Below are positions 20,501 to 30,013 of a DNA stretch of 64,000 bases, piece after piece; position 1 is the first letter of the stretch, and the number at the start of each line of letters is the position of its first letter. The notes beneath the pieces are model-generated. The model made no database searches. It saw only the letters and a list, made by a program, of their open reading frames with translations, and was not told the DNA's origin. The stretch is from a virus (taxonomy: Duplodnaviria > Caudoviricetes): positions 3,696 to 67,695 of the IMG/VR virus record IMGVR_UViG_2690315807_000003; one strand, written 5' to 3'. Both the position numbers and the translations under genes were made by a program.

Positions 20501-23500
20501 GTTGAGCTGCGGTACGCGGTACCTGTACTCCGATCGTTTCAAACATCTCCTGCACAAACTGAGAACAGTCTGAATATGCTCTTTGTTTGAAGTCATCAAA
20601 TGATCCTGTAAACTCACCGCCTATTTGCTTGTATCTCATCACACCAGAGTTAGCCAGGTCAACAGCTGTGGACAGCATTCTTGTAATGTCTGATGACGTT
20701 CCGCCACCTGTCGTAATCTCCGTTTGAGAAGATACGAGTTGGGAGGGATCATTGTATCCTTGTTCGTAGAGTTTTTGTTCCTCAAGCAACGCTTTACGCT
20801 TCTCAGCCAGTATATCAAGGTATTCTTTGGATGACTTCGCAACACGCTTCTGCTGAGAATCCAATTTTTCCAAGGACTTATTGTAGCCTTCAATCGCTTT
20901 CTGTAAGTCCGTCATAATCTCTACGGTTTCTTTTTTTGCCTTGTTATTGTCTTCTACCCCGTAAGTGTCATCTTCCAGAAGCTTAGTCATGGCTTCGATC
21001 TGGTCATTGCTCAACTGTAGTTGACCGGCATATTTTTTCACGACATCGTTTAACTCATTAAGTTTTTGTTTTTTAGCTTCAAGTTGCTCATTGGCCTTTT
21101 GTTGAAGAAAATTAGCTATGCCTTGATTCATAAGCTGTGCGCTATTTAATTCAGAAGCATTCTTCTTCTGTTCTTGGGTGATTTCTTTTTCAATATCTTT
21201 GATTTTCTGGCGAGCTTCAGCAAAGGTTGAGATAGATTCAAATTCTTGCCCATAAAACTGAATTCGTTTTAAACTCTCCAGCGCCACACTGCGCGTTGAA
21301 TCCCTCTCTGCTTTCAGATCATCAATAGCTTTCTTGATTTTAACTTGTCGCAATTTTTCTAAAATTTGTCCTTCGAATATCCATCCATCCGTTGTCTTCC
21401 GGATCTGGGAAGCCAATTCAGGGTATTTTAGAATCAAGTCTGCCACAGCAGATGCACTTAATGATTGTCCTTTGGAGAGTGTGTCAGCGACTTGGTTCAG
21501 TTCAGAAACAGATGAAATACTTGCTTGAACGGACTCTCTCAGAGCCTTCGTCTGCTCAACCAGTTTTTCAGTCAGTTCTTCAATCGTATCAGATGCCTTC
21601 CCATTTATCCCCGCCAAAGCATCTATTTCCTTTTGAGCTTCGACTGATTCTACGGTCATTTGTTGCATTTGGACATTCGCATCACTTAATGATGCTTCAA
21701 GTTCGCGATTTTTGGTCTCTAAAGAGTCCATTTTCAATCGTAAATTCTCCAGTTGGTTGGATGATTCGTCCACGCTTTTGAAACTGAAGATGTTCTTCAT
21801 AAACTCCATGCCGCCAGCGATCAAACTATTTTCAAGAGACTCTATCTTCTCCTTCGTTTTTTCAATAGCTGCGATGTTTTCATTCATTTGGTTCTGTAAA
21901 CCGTTTTTCTGATCTTCTAATACAGCTTTTCTGGCTTCCCTTTGCTTATCAATGAGTGAATTAAGCGCAGCAATTTGTGTTTGAGTTGCCTCATCCGTGA
22001 ACCCCGCAGCTTCAAGCTGTGCCAATCCTTCTTTACTTATAGTCATCGCCAGAGCCTTAGATATCTCTTCCAGTTGACGTTTCGCCTGTTCCTGTTTACT
22101 TGTGGATAGCGTTCCGCCATCAATCATCGCTTTTAAAGAATTGTGAGCATTGACCATCTTCGGCAACAAATCAATCTGACGTTGATACTGACTTATCATT
22201 TGTTGACTCGCCGAATCGTTGTCCTTCATCATCTGAATCCGATCACGTTCTGCTTTTTCGGCTTCCCCACTTTTCATAGCAAAAATAGCGATAGCTCCGA
22301 CAAGTAGAGATAGTCCCGCAGTTGCCGCCGCCATAGTAACCGTAGCAGCAGCCTGCGCCCTGCTCAATGCACCGGTTGCCACTGTTGCCGTGGTGGTCGC
22401 TACAGCTTGTGCTTCCCGTGCGGCTGTCTGCTGAACTGTGGAGATAGTTACACCTTCACTGGAAACGATATTAACTGTATTCGCAGCAGAATTCGCCGCT
22501 GTTGCAGTTGTACTGGCAACTGTTGTAACAGTCTCTTGCGCTTTTGCGGCATTCAGAACTTGAATTGCAGCTATTACAGACGCAATAGGACCGCTAAGAG
22601 CCTTATACGCCAACAGCAGTCCACTTAGTCCAGCAGCAGCGGCGTAGACGCCTGTCGGTATTTTCGTCAAACCGATCAATAACTGATCAATGCCATCTAG
22701 TACGTCTTTAATCATCTGACGCAATCCATCTTCGCCGGCAGTGTTAAAGATTTCAAGAAGTGACGTTCTGGTCTGAGCTGCCTTGCGCTGGATGGTATCC
22801 ATTTGTACGGTCAAATACTGCATCGTAGATCCGGAAGACCCAACAGAAGCAGCAGTACCCAGCAAGATATCACCTACGTTGAGGGAAGCGGCCAGTTTTG
22901 CATATTGGTAAACACCTCGGGATATATCTGCATAGGACTGCGTAAGGTCGTAGTTTTTATCTGTTACTTGGATCGAGAGATCTAACAGAATATCCTCTGC
23001 CTTCCGCCACTGCTCAACCCCGTCTACAACCTCCTTGGTTTTAACACCAAGACGCTCAATCTCATCCACCGCTTTATCCGTCCGAATCGTACCTAGAACT
23101 GTTTTCCACATGTTACCGAGGTTTTCCCCGGACAACGCCGTATTACGAACACCGGCAGAGATCAATCCGTTCATCACGTCAAATGACACACCTGTTTCCG
23201 CAGCAATTTTACCAGTACGTTGAAAAGCGGCTCCAAGGTCACGCGCCGGAGCCATAGTGTCATGGGCAACTTTTGACCAGGAATCCAGGACCCTGTTACC
23301 AATAACCATAGCTTCGTTGGCATTGGTGATATGGACTCCATATTGAGACATTACAGATTCCATGGACTTGGTAGCGTCCTCAAGCTCAACCATGTCCACC
23401 GTGGACAGCTTAGTAGATTGACGCACAAGCTCTTGAACAACGTTAACATCTTTGTACATACGGCCCCAGAGACGTGCTGATTCGGTGACGTCCAAAATGT

Positions 23501-24416
23501 TGGAACCGAGTTCGTGAGCAGTTTGGATAAAGGCTTTTGTCTCGCGGTTTAGCTTTTGAGTATCCATAACCATTTTGTTTGTGCCGTCTTCAAAATGAAC
23601 AAAATAGTGTTCATTCGTCTGCACGTATCCGGCCATGTTTGACTCGATGTCTACTAAGCCCTCATGCATTGCCTGCGTGACTTCATGCATTGCTTTATAC
23701 ATTGTGTGGAACACAACGGCATGTGTAGCCATGTCACCTAATCTACCGATCCAACTTTTAGAGACAGCATCCATTGTGGACCCCATCCGTTTGGTTTGCT
23801 GTTCAGTTTGAGACAAAGCTTGTCGAATCCGCTGTTCCTCTTGCAACACTTTTTCCCGGAGAGCTTCTTCTTTTCTCTGGCGTTCTGTCAGAGCAACACG
23901 TATCTTCTGTTCCTCTTGCAGTACACGCTCTCTGGTTCGGTCATCCGTTCCTGTACCTGTTGCTTTTGCAGCCTCCTGACCCGACTTAACAGATCTGTTT
24001 TGAAGAATTTGCATTTTTTGCTGATGTTCACGTTCGGATTGCTCAATCTGTTGATTACGCCTTTTGATCAAGGCTTGCTGAGCCTGCATTTTAGCATCAA
24101 TCAAGCGATTGGTTTGCTCCAACTGTTGAGCCCTCGCACCAAGCAAGGCAGTTTGAGCAAGTTTTTGCTTATGTTGAGCTCCAACTTCAGCGAGTATCTT
24201 TTGGCGGCGTTGATCCGCAGTTAAGGCCATCTTATCCATTGCTGAAGATATATTCTTGTATGACTTCTCAGCGGATGATAACTCAGCATTCAGCGCCTTG
24301 AACGCATCAGCATTACCTTTAGCACCCGTATCAATGTTTTTAAATGATTGTAGCACTGTACCTGTGTCTAGTTTTATCCGCGCAGCAACGACATCTCTAT
24401 TTGTACCTTCTGCCAT
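17514..24416 (-). CDS. Tape measure protein with NlpC/P60 and lytic transglycosylase domains
   Basis: 2300 aa coiled coil; DCSQFVQ..PRTA..GDLVFF..HVGIY; VAAVIQRESSF..GYNMG. Confidence 0.95.
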   Translation of the reverse strand: MAEGTNRDVVAARIKLDTGTVLQSFKNIDTGAKGNADAFKALNAELSSAEKSYKNISSAMDKMALTADQRRQKILAEVGAQHKQKLAQTALLGARAQQLEQTNRLIDAKMQAQQALIKRRNQQIEQSEREHQQKMQILQNRSVKSGQEAAKATGTGTDDRTRERVLQEEQKIRVALTERQRKEEALREKVLQEEQRIRQALSQTEQQTKRMGSTMDAVSKSWIGRLGDMATHAVVFHTMYKAMHEVTQAMHEGLVDIESNMAGYVQTNEHYFVHFEDGTNKMVMDTQKLNRETKAFIQTAHELGSNILDVTESARLWGRMYKDVNVVQELVRQSTKLSTVDMVELEDATKSMESVMSQYGVHITNANEAMVIGNRVLDSWSKVAHDTMAPARDLGAAFQRTGKIAAETGVSFDVMNGLISAGVRNTALSGENLGNMWKTVLGTIRTDKAVDEIERLGVKTKEVVDGVEQWRKAEDILLDLSIQVTDKNYDLTQSYADISRGVYQYAKLAASLNVGDILLGTAASVGSSGSTMQYLTVQMDTIQRKAAQTRTSLLEIFNTAGEDGLRQMIKDVLDGIDQLLIGLTKIPTGVYAAAAGLSGLLLAYKALSGPIASVIAAIQVLNAAKAQETVTTVASTTATAANSAANTVNIVSSEGVTISTVQQTAAREAQAVATTTATVATGALSRAQAAATVTMAAATAGLSLLVGAIAIFAMKSGEAEKAERDRIQMMKDNDSASQQMISQYQRQIDLLPKMVNAHNSLKAMIDGGTLSTSKQEQAKRQLEEISKALAMTISKEGLAQLEAAGFTDEATQTQIAALNSLIDKQREARKAVLEDQKNGLQNQMNENIAAIEKTKEKIESLENSLIAGGMEFMKNIFSFKSVDESSNQLENLRLKMDSLETKNRELEASLSDANVQMQQMTVESVEAQKEIDALAGINGKASDTIEELTEKLVEQTKALRESVQASISSVSELNQVADTLSKGQSLSASAVADLILKYPELASQIRKTTDGWIFEGQILEKLRQVKIKKAIDDLKAERDSTRSVALESLKRIQFYGQEFESISTFAEARQKIKDIEKEITQEQKKNASELNSAQLMNQGIANFLQQKANEQLEAKKQKLNELNDVVKKYAGQLQLSNDQIEAMTKLLEDDTYGVEDNNKAKKETVEIMTDLQKAIEGYNKSLEKLDSQQKRVAKSSKEYLDILAEKRKALLEEQKLYEQGYNDPSQLVSSQTEITTGGGTSSDITRMLSTAVDLANSGVMRYKQIGGEFTGSFDDFKQRAYSDCSQFVQEMFETIGVQVPRTAAQQAKAGTAVSKKNLQVGDLVFFNTNGKDNSHVGIYMGDSKFIQMGESGLKVSDLNSSYWAPKYNGATRIPGLSTDAAYPTSTSPQTTSGGVAYAGKYASEINAAANQFNVDPHLVAAVIQRESSFGAKGITNVMQVNGMNNSTVKQSIDAGTKMLSELLKKSGGDVSMALGGYNMGSGIIDWFKKSGGYNKADMVAYSEKYKKVYKSKVYGDVGYVDKVLADYSPQKSSTTTQPTQKQLKDAKNTAESEQLRISDELYNIDVSELESKLGIKDMKISDKELALKQSEARQKNMKKDSQEYKTEYQLQLKLKTEIQKLMQEQRQMIDQSGLKSDELINKRRSLTEKIGDVQSEKSDMKDQYASDQFDTAQANMEARVERMRQQGRSDMEMTKTQLQFYQGQLKNTALTEEQRVESAKQVYDLTNKVTDLKFKNSTSWIDKQTDQMERQGKSEVEIYQMQAEAYNRMRNDTTLKAEQRDEAEKMYQDTSKKLISSRYEFSEKWMTKEALKMEMSGAQKVDIMKWELQEFLKMQADKTMSSEQLWDLEQKIYKQRNDLDKEYYSAAEKRINHLKAIGEMTTQQELVEYMKLQAAYLVGSDQRMDADEKVYDLKKKLMDEMTKAVSESVTKQKKLLDNARDEEIKRIQAEKDAFASAQEAKIKAIDDLIQAMERSNDQDDYERLRAEKVARLEKLQSAVGPEGIAERKQVQKDIEDMDREHGRKLAKQALEDQKTALQEEKTNREKDFDDKIQDAKSHYDNLSAAFDEFSSNTELSAENLKNIQILKESEKNETILGMLDAFVLEYQSRLDQITVANAAIGVTDVPGGTFAPGTASKDPSYQKEIDLYTYNSNKDAWDAAKARGDTETMRLLQEQNEALRKKYGVEKDTGKLQHFSQGGVVKGPRGAAVPVIAHAGEAILNDRQQDSLFNLLNLRMHRLDFTMPDFSVPQGSNGVNPERTSNQFVIKSGDTYIADESAAKVFWSERDNLMRRMQARGGKG

Positions 24417-24428
24417 ATTGTCTCCTTC

Positions 24429-24724
24429 CTACCTTGGCTGGAAGAAACCAAGATCGGATAAGTATTTTGCTTTCTTCGGCTTTTTGTTTTCAACCGAACC
24501 GCCATGAAGAGTGATTTCGAATTCACGAGAACGTTGTTTTTCATTCATCAATGCTCGGATTTTAGGTATGGTCATATTAGGCCACTCTGTATCAGATATT
24601 CCATTGCTGATACAGAGTGCCCACAGACCCATCCAGTCCGTTCCTGGTTGATCTACTTCACCATCCTCAGAATACTCATCATCGTCATTGGAATCAGGAT
24701 CTGGAGGAAAAGACTCCTTATAGA
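24429..24724 (-). CDS. Tail assembly chaperone downstream frame (gpT-like)
   Basis: Open frame overlapping end of upstream chaperone in +1 frame; lies before tape measure gene. Confidence 0.65.
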
Positions 24725-25104
24725 AATCGGTCCAAAACATCATCCAATGCCTGGATGCCCTCCATGTCCACTTGTTCAAACTCTTCATCCGTTAGTCCCT
24801 CTACAAAGATCATGTCAAATGCTTTCAAATACGCCTGCTCAATAGCTGGACAGTCAATAGCTGGGATATCCTGCTCACCAACTTGCGTCGCTTCAATGGC
24901 ATCCCGTCCAATTACATAGCTAAAGCGAATACCCTTGAGGTTCTTCGCTTGCTGCCGAACTTCCCGAATCAACTTGATCGTTCCGACCTTAATTGTCTTC
25001 TGTAGCCCTTCAGCCAAACGTACGGTACTACCAATGTTCAAAGTCTGGTCCAACGTTTTCTCTTCTTGGGTTTCAACGGCTTGTTCAAGTTCACTCATGT
25101 TCAT
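24718..25104 (-). CDS. Tail assembly chaperone (gpG-like)
   Basis: Between major tail and tape measure genes; RBS aaaggag. Confidence 0.75.
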   Translation of the reverse strand: MNMSELEQAVETQEEKTLDQTLNIGSTVRLAEGLQKTIKVGTIKLIREVRQQAKNLKGIRFSYVIGRDAIEATQVGEQDIPAIDCPAIEQAYLKAFDMIFVEGLTDEEFEQVDMEGIQALDDVLDRFL

Positions 25105-25140
25105 TCTCCTTTAAATTGAAATATGATTTTTACCAAAAAA

Positions 25141-25168
25141 AGAACCCCGCCGATTACCAGCAGGGTTG
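25141..25168 (-). terminator. Terminator after major tail gene
   Basis: Minus-strand aaccc..ggggtt hairpin followed by T-run. Confidence 0.65.
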
Positions 25169-25179
25169 TATATGTTGAT

Positions 25180-25950
25180 TTAGATTCCAAAAATGATACT
25201 CATTGCATGTCCTTTTGGATTTTTGGGAGAAATATCCGGGTCCATTACTTGTAAGTCCATCGTTGTAGTGTTTGGTTTTTTTCGTTCCTGTGAGGCATCG
25301 AGCGTACCACCACCAAGAGCCTTGTGGATAGTGACCTGACATTGTATAGAGTTACCTGTCTTATCATCAATCAACTCAAATCTATGAGTAAGTTTAAATG
25401 GAGTCGGGCGTCGAGTACCTTTAAAGCTAGTCTCTGTTCCCTCAGCCATCCAGTTGTACATCACTCGAATCTTCTTAGTATTATTTGCTTCAGTAGATTC
25501 AATTTTCCCTTCAGAAGTAATTGTGTATTGTTCATCTGTGGGAGTGGAGGCAACGCGCGTGAGTTGTTTTAGTTCATCAGTATCCTCATCTACAATATAA
25601 ACTTCATCGCTTCCAGCGATTAATTTGTTTCCATAAATCAATGTGTAGCCACCTGTCTTCAAAAAGGAAATTTCTGTTTCGTCATATTCGACTGACTTTC
25701 TTACCGTTTCTCCCCCTTGAGACATATCAGCAATAGCTGGAGAAAAGCGCGGTACTTCGATACTGACCTTATCCTGAAGGTCACCCGCCGTATAGTGAAA
25801 TGCATATCCACTATCACCGCCCATGACTGCCTGCCAATCAAACTGCAACTGTAAATTAACCTTAGTTACCTTGTCCTCAATATATTTAATTGTACCGTCC
25901 AAATTACGAGCTACGATTGTTCCTACGCCATCAAAAACGAGTGGTCTCAT
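25180..25950 (-). CDS. Major tail protein
   Basis: Position, size, strong RBS, downstream terminator. Confidence 0.7.
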   Translation of the reverse strand: MRPLVFDGVGTIVARNLDGTIKYIEDKVTKVNLQLQFDWQAVMGGDSGYAFHYTAGDLQDKVSIEVPRFSPAIADMSQGGETVRKSVEYDETEISFLKTGGYTLIYGNKLIAGSDEVYIVDEDTDELKQLTRVASTPTDEQYTITSEGKIESTEANNTKKIRVMYNWMAEGTETSFKGTRRPTPFKLTHRFELIDDKTGNSIQCQVTIHKALGGGTLDASQERKKPNTTTMDLQVMDPDISPKNPKGHAMSIIFGI

Positions 25951-25977
25951 ATTTATCCTCCTTGGGTATAGAGTTGA

Positions 25978-26184
25978 TTAGACAAGCTCCCAGAGCCGCA
26001 TATCAATCTCTTCAATTCGTTTGTAATCTTCGGTTTCTTTGTATCCCTCAATAGGCTTCTGACCGTCTATTAGCCCAAGTTTCTTTGCCAGTCGAATCTT
26101 TTCTTGAGTCAGCTTCTTAAGCTCAGGAATTTTTTCCTTAGCTTCAGGTTTTACGTCTACTTCCTCGTGCTGTTGTTCAGACAT
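25978..26184 (-). CDS. Small hypothetical protein
   Basis: RBS gaggtg; in morphogenesis operon. Confidence 0.7.
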   Translation of the reverse strand: MSEQQHEEVDVKPEAKEKIPELKKLTQEKIRLAKKLGLIDGQKPIEGYKETEDYKRIEEIDMRLWELV

Positions 26185-26193
26185 ATTTTCACC

Positions 26194-26628
26194 TCAATTC
26201 ATTCGGAGATAGTCCACGTCGAAAATGGCCTTATATCCTTTGACACCTTGTATTCCAGTTGCAAAATCAGCATCATACGTTAATAGGCATAGGTATGTCG
26301 CCCAACCTGGCATTGTAATACGTTTATCGTGCAGCACTCGAAAGGCTCTTTCAAAAAGCTCTTTCGCTGAATAACCTGTCCCTGCATAAAAGTCCAGACA
26401 GAATTTACCCTCGAAAACCAACTGATTGGGTGAAAACCGTCCTGGCATAACATATTGGCAAATATGAGGAACCGTTTCGTTACTTACCGTGATTTCAGGT
26501 TCCATTCCCTTTGTCAATCTCTTCACTACCTCTTTGGAAGGTGAAGATGAGTCAAGCTCAAGTAACTCCATGAGTTCAGCATCACCTTTAAGCGCATGCT
26601 GAACTGCATCCAACAATTGAAGACTCAA
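26194..26628 (-). CDS. Tail terminator-like protein
   Basis: Position and size; ALKGDAELMELL N-terminus. Confidence 0.6.
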   Translation of the reverse strand: MSLQLLDAVQHALKGDAELMELLELDSSSPSKEVVKRLTKGMEPEITVSNETVPHICQYVMPGRFSPNQLVFEGKFCLDFYAGTGYSAKELFERAFRVLHDKRITMPGWATYLCLLTYDADFATGIQGVKGYKAIFDVDYLRMN

Positions 26629-27203
26629 TCTCTCACCTCCCTGAAGTAACGATGATATGGAAACTCGGTAATGACACGACTAATACCGTTTAATATCCGA
26701 TCTCGATTGGATTCAAGAGCGATACGCATAAAATAAGTAGGAGGAGTAGCTTTGAACGAAGGATCAAGGTCCCCGCGTTCAGCCAACTCCTCCAAATCTA
26801 CACCTGCGTATCCGCCTTTGGACTTTTTAATTGTACCGTCGATGGATCGGTAAGTACCTCTACCCCGGCCTACGACAACCCGGCTACCCTTTGACCTCAG
26901 CTTGTTCCACGCCTCACTGTTCATGTAACTGATCAATCCAGGGTTTTGGCTCTGTCCCGCCATAAGCGAACCTTTACCAAACTGCTCAAGCCAAGCTTGC
27001 CAGTAATCAGCAGTGATGTCTCCTGATATCATCTGGTTCGCCAGCACAGTCATGTGCATTGCGAGGCTTTCTCTGACAGCCGGATAATACCTGACACCAG
27101 TCTTTGCAGTAAACATAATGATTTTCGTTAGACCTGTAATTTCAACAGCCAGCTTATTTTCCAAGTCCTTCGCTGCACGTTCAGCATCATATCCTGCAAT
27201 CAT
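26625..27203 (-). CDS. Neck/tail completion protein
   Basis: WLEQFGKG and PTYFMRIAL motifs resemble HK97 gp10-like proteins. Confidence 0.6.
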   Translation of the reverse strand: MIAGYDAERAAKDLENKLAVEITGLTKIIMFTAKTGVRYYPAVRESLAMHMTVLANQMISGDITADYWQAWLEQFGKGSLMAGQSQNPGLISYMNSEAWNKLRSKGSRVVVGRGRGTYRSIDGTIKKSKGGYAGVDLEELAERGDLDPSFKATPPTYFMRIALESNRDRILNGISRVITEFPYHRYFREVRD

Positions 27204-27775
27204 CGCCTGTCCTCGCACAACTGAATATTTAACAGATTCGGATACTTGATCCGATCCACTACATCCACTTGATATTTCTTACCAGCAATCACGATGCGGT
27301 CTGGACTTACCAATGACGGATCATTCGGTTCCCTGACATCAACACTGGTCTGCAAAAGAAGAACCAGCAAAGTTGTAGATAGAAGACCAGGTTCTTCTTG
27401 TCTCAGCTGAGCAGAGACATGTTGAGCGAAACCAAGGATATCCCCGGCTACGAGTGTAAACTCAGGTTTGCCCTTTGGATTGTCATTCGCATCGAACTCC
27501 TGCATGTACCGCTGGACTTCCGCAGTAACGTTGGTTTTAATCAAAGAGCAGTATTTGTCTTTGGTTGCGGTGAAACGGAGGGTTTGAACCAAGAATGTCA
27601 TGTCATTCTGTACGACATCCCCAGGTAATACAGACGACTTAGGAGCAAAAAGGCCGTTGTACATGTACTCTTTACCGAGAACCGTAGTCGCCTTTGTTTC
27701 TCTGGACAGAATGACTTTATCCTGTTCCCCATTTACAGTGCAGGGAGAATGTCTATGAACGAAATCTTTAAACAT
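27200..27775 (-). CDS. Head closure protein
   Basis: DRIVIAGKKYQV motif; position. Confidence 0.6.
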   Translation of the reverse strand: MFKDFVHRHSPCTVNGEQDKVILSRETKATTVLGKEYMYNGLFAPKSSVLPGDVVQNDMTFLVQTLRFTATKDKYCSLIKTNVTAEVQRYMQEFDANDNPKGKPEFTLVAGDILGFAQHVSAQLRQEEPGLLSTTLLVLLLQTSVDVREPNDPSLVSPDRIVIAGKKYQVDVVDRIKYPNLLNIQLCEDRR

Positions 27776-28218
27776 CAGAAACGCCGCCTTTCCTTCTCCC
27801 TAGTGGGACCAGACAACATAAATAATGGAGCATCCATGGTCTCTTGAAAACTAGAGATCAAGCCGATGAATTCATTTGCCTCTTCAACGAGTTGTGAGGC
27901 ACGTCTATCCCAATTAACTGCCTGATTTTCGAAAGAGAAATCGAAATCTTTCATTGTTTTTTTGATTCTCGCAGCCATAGATGGAGCCAGTATAGCAGCA
28001 ACCATACAAATAGCTGCTGCATATACATAGGCTTGATCATCACCAATCAAATCAGCGTAATCTGGAACTTGCTTTACAATCCTCGCTTCAGCGATTGGTA
28101 AAACAGAAATAGCGTCTATGTCGGAGTCAGATATTACATCCTCACCAACGCCTAGGCGCCCTCTCACTTCTTCGTGATATGTTTCAGTTGTCAGTATCTT
28201 ATTGACCATCGACTTCAC
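27775..28218 (-). CDS. Head-tail adaptor
   Basis: EEVRGRLG..SDSDI N-terminus; position after capsid genes. Confidence 0.6.
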   Translation of the reverse strand: MKSMVNKILTTETYHEEVRGRLGVGEDVISDSDIDAISVLPIAEARIVKQVPDYADLIGDDQAYVYAAAICMVAAILAPSMAARIKKTMKDFDFSFENQAVNWDRRASQLVEEANEFIGLISSFQETMDAPLFMLSGPTREKERRRF

Positions 28219-28600
28219 CGCTAGTGGTGGAAATTGCCTCTTTCAATTCTTCGATACTCATTTTGGTGTAACCTTGGATCTTCAAGTCCTTTGCAGTTGA
28301 TTTCAGATCTTTCAGTTCATCGTCCTTATGCATATCGGATTTCAGTTCAGAAATCTCAGCCAAAAGATCCGCTTCGCGCTTCTTCGATTCGTCCAATTCT
28401 GCTTGAAGTTTTTGCTCGCGTTCCGAGGGAGTGTCCGTAGAATTCACATCTCCCTCAATGATTTCAGCTAACAACTTTCCGGTTGCTGCATTGCGAACTT
28501 GCCTTTTAGCAATCTCAATAAGTCCATCAGGGGCATCTTTTACGATGTCCCCCGCATTGTATTCCCCAACAGCATCAACCAAAACTTTTACGATCGTCAT
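28199..28600 (-). CDS. Rho-N/HeH-domain capsid-associated protein
   Basis: DLKSTAKDLKIQGYTKMSIEELKEAI motif. Confidence 0.7.
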   Translation of the reverse strand: MTIVKVLVDAVGEYNAGDIVKDAPDGLIEIAKRQVRNAATGKLLAEIIEGDVNSTDTPSEREQKLQAELDESKKREADLLAEISELKSDMHKDDELKDLKSTAKDLKIQGYTKMSIEELKEAISTTSGEVDGQ

Positions 28601-28614
28601 AGGTCATCCCTCCC

Positions 28615-29628
28615 TTACGCCACTGTAGCAAAGATATGCCAGTTGACGTATTTCATACGAGGCAACACTGTTGCGCCGTTGATTACTTGCCATTGGTCAG
28701 GGTCACCTTGAATCAGTTTAGCAAGCGCGAATTTGCCAGTGTGACCAGTGAAGATGTCTTCGTAGTTGTTCGGGCTGGTCACTAGGTCCATGATAGAACC
28801 TGTCATGCCTTGACCAATGATAATTACGGCGTTATCAGGGATGAATGGGAAGAATGTTCCTTTATCATCAATATATCCGCCATCATATACTTCGTATTGA
28901 AGCCCATTCAGGTTTTGGCTGACGATTTCTGAAAGCGAACCATCCGTTACAATATCTTTGCCGTATGTGAATTTAATCAAATCGCGGATTTTTTCGTTTT
29001 GCTTCAGGTAACTGTCCACTTTTTTATTAGCTACAACTTTAACTCCTCTTGCACCACTCCCCCTGAATCTCAGAAGCCATTCATCCAAATTTTTCAACGG
29101 ATCAGCGGTTGTGGTATTGCTCCAAAGAACATCAGCGGTAGGCTTGTTATTTGCCGGAACGCCGTAGTCGATTGTCCGAGAAGGTTTATTTGCTGTTGCT
29201 GGAACAACAAGGTTGCCTGTAAGTGCTTGCCAACGCATCCACTCGAATCGAGTTTCAAGACGTTGGTTGAGATTCACCATTTTTTCAATCATGTATTCTT
29301 CGCCCCAAGTTTGCTCAAGGCTGGTGCCCGGCTTACGAAGGGTAGCAATCTTTTCTCGATCAATAATAGCCTTTTCACGCCATTCTTGATTAGTGAACTC
29401 CATTTGTTTCACAACAGGAGCGGCATGGATCGGTGAAGGATCATTGAGTCCAGTAGGTGGAGTCATGCCGGTATCGTCGTAGGTAACGTCATATTTAATT
29501 GTCAGCCCGAGTTCTGGTTTGAAATCCACACCATTTGTCAGGATTTGAGCACCTCGAAAACTGTTAATATCTGTCCGAATGTTCTGAACGACTTCCGTAA
29601 GGAAGTACGGGTCGAGTACGTTTGCCAT
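28615..29628 (-). CDS. Major capsid protein (lambda gpE-like)
   Basis: RFEWMRWQALTG, IDYGVP, W..ADPLKNL motifs. Confidence 0.85.
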   Translation of the reverse strand: MANVLDPYFLTEVVQNIRTDINSFRGAQILTNGVDFKPELGLTIKYDVTYDDTGMTPPTGLNDPSPIHAAPVVKQMEFTNQEWREKAIIDREKIATLRKPGTSLEQTWGEEYMIEKMVNLNQRLETRFEWMRWQALTGNLVVPATANKPSRTIDYGVPANNKPTADVLWSNTTTADPLKNLDEWLLRFRGSGARGVKVVANKKVDSYLKQNEKIRDLIKFTYGKDIVTDGSLSEIVSQNLNGLQYEVYDGGYIDDKGTFFPFIPDNAVIIIGQGMTGSIMDLVTSPNNYEDIFTGHTGKFALAKLIQGDPDQWQVINGATVLPRMKYVNWHIFATVA

Positions 29629-29643
29629 TTATGTTGTTCCCCC

Positions 29644-30012
29644 TTATACAAAGTAGCAAAGCTTCAGCGCTGTTTTAGCCGCTGCATCGATGCCGGTCAA
29701 TTTTGATTCAGTGAAAATTCCAGCAATCCACGCTGAAGCGCCCATATCGGTAAGCGTAGTATCGTGATCATTGTCCAAAATGCAAACAGCGTCTTGCGAA
29801 CCATCGGATGCTGAAGAGAGATAAGGAACGAATTTATTAGTAGCTGTTACCCTTCCAAGGACAGTACCTTTCTTAATTACTCCGTTCCCTTTTGCAAGCA
29901 ACACGCCACCAGGAATCCGCGCTTGCAAGTCCGTGGAAGCAAGAACTTCAACAAATTCCTGTGTGTTAATCTGACCAGGTCCCGGAGCACCGTTGTATTG
30001 AGATCCAATCAT
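29644..30012 (-). CDS. Head decoration protein
   Basis: KGTVLGRVT..DGSQDAVCIL motif; before capsid gene. Confidence 0.8.
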   Translation of the reverse strand: MIGSQYNGAPGPGQINTQEFVEVLASTDLQARIPGGVLLAKGNGVIKKGTVLGRVTATNKFVPYLSSASDGSQDAVCILDNDHDTTLTDMGASAWIAGIFTESKLTGIDAAAKTALKLCYFV

Positions 30013-30013
30013 A

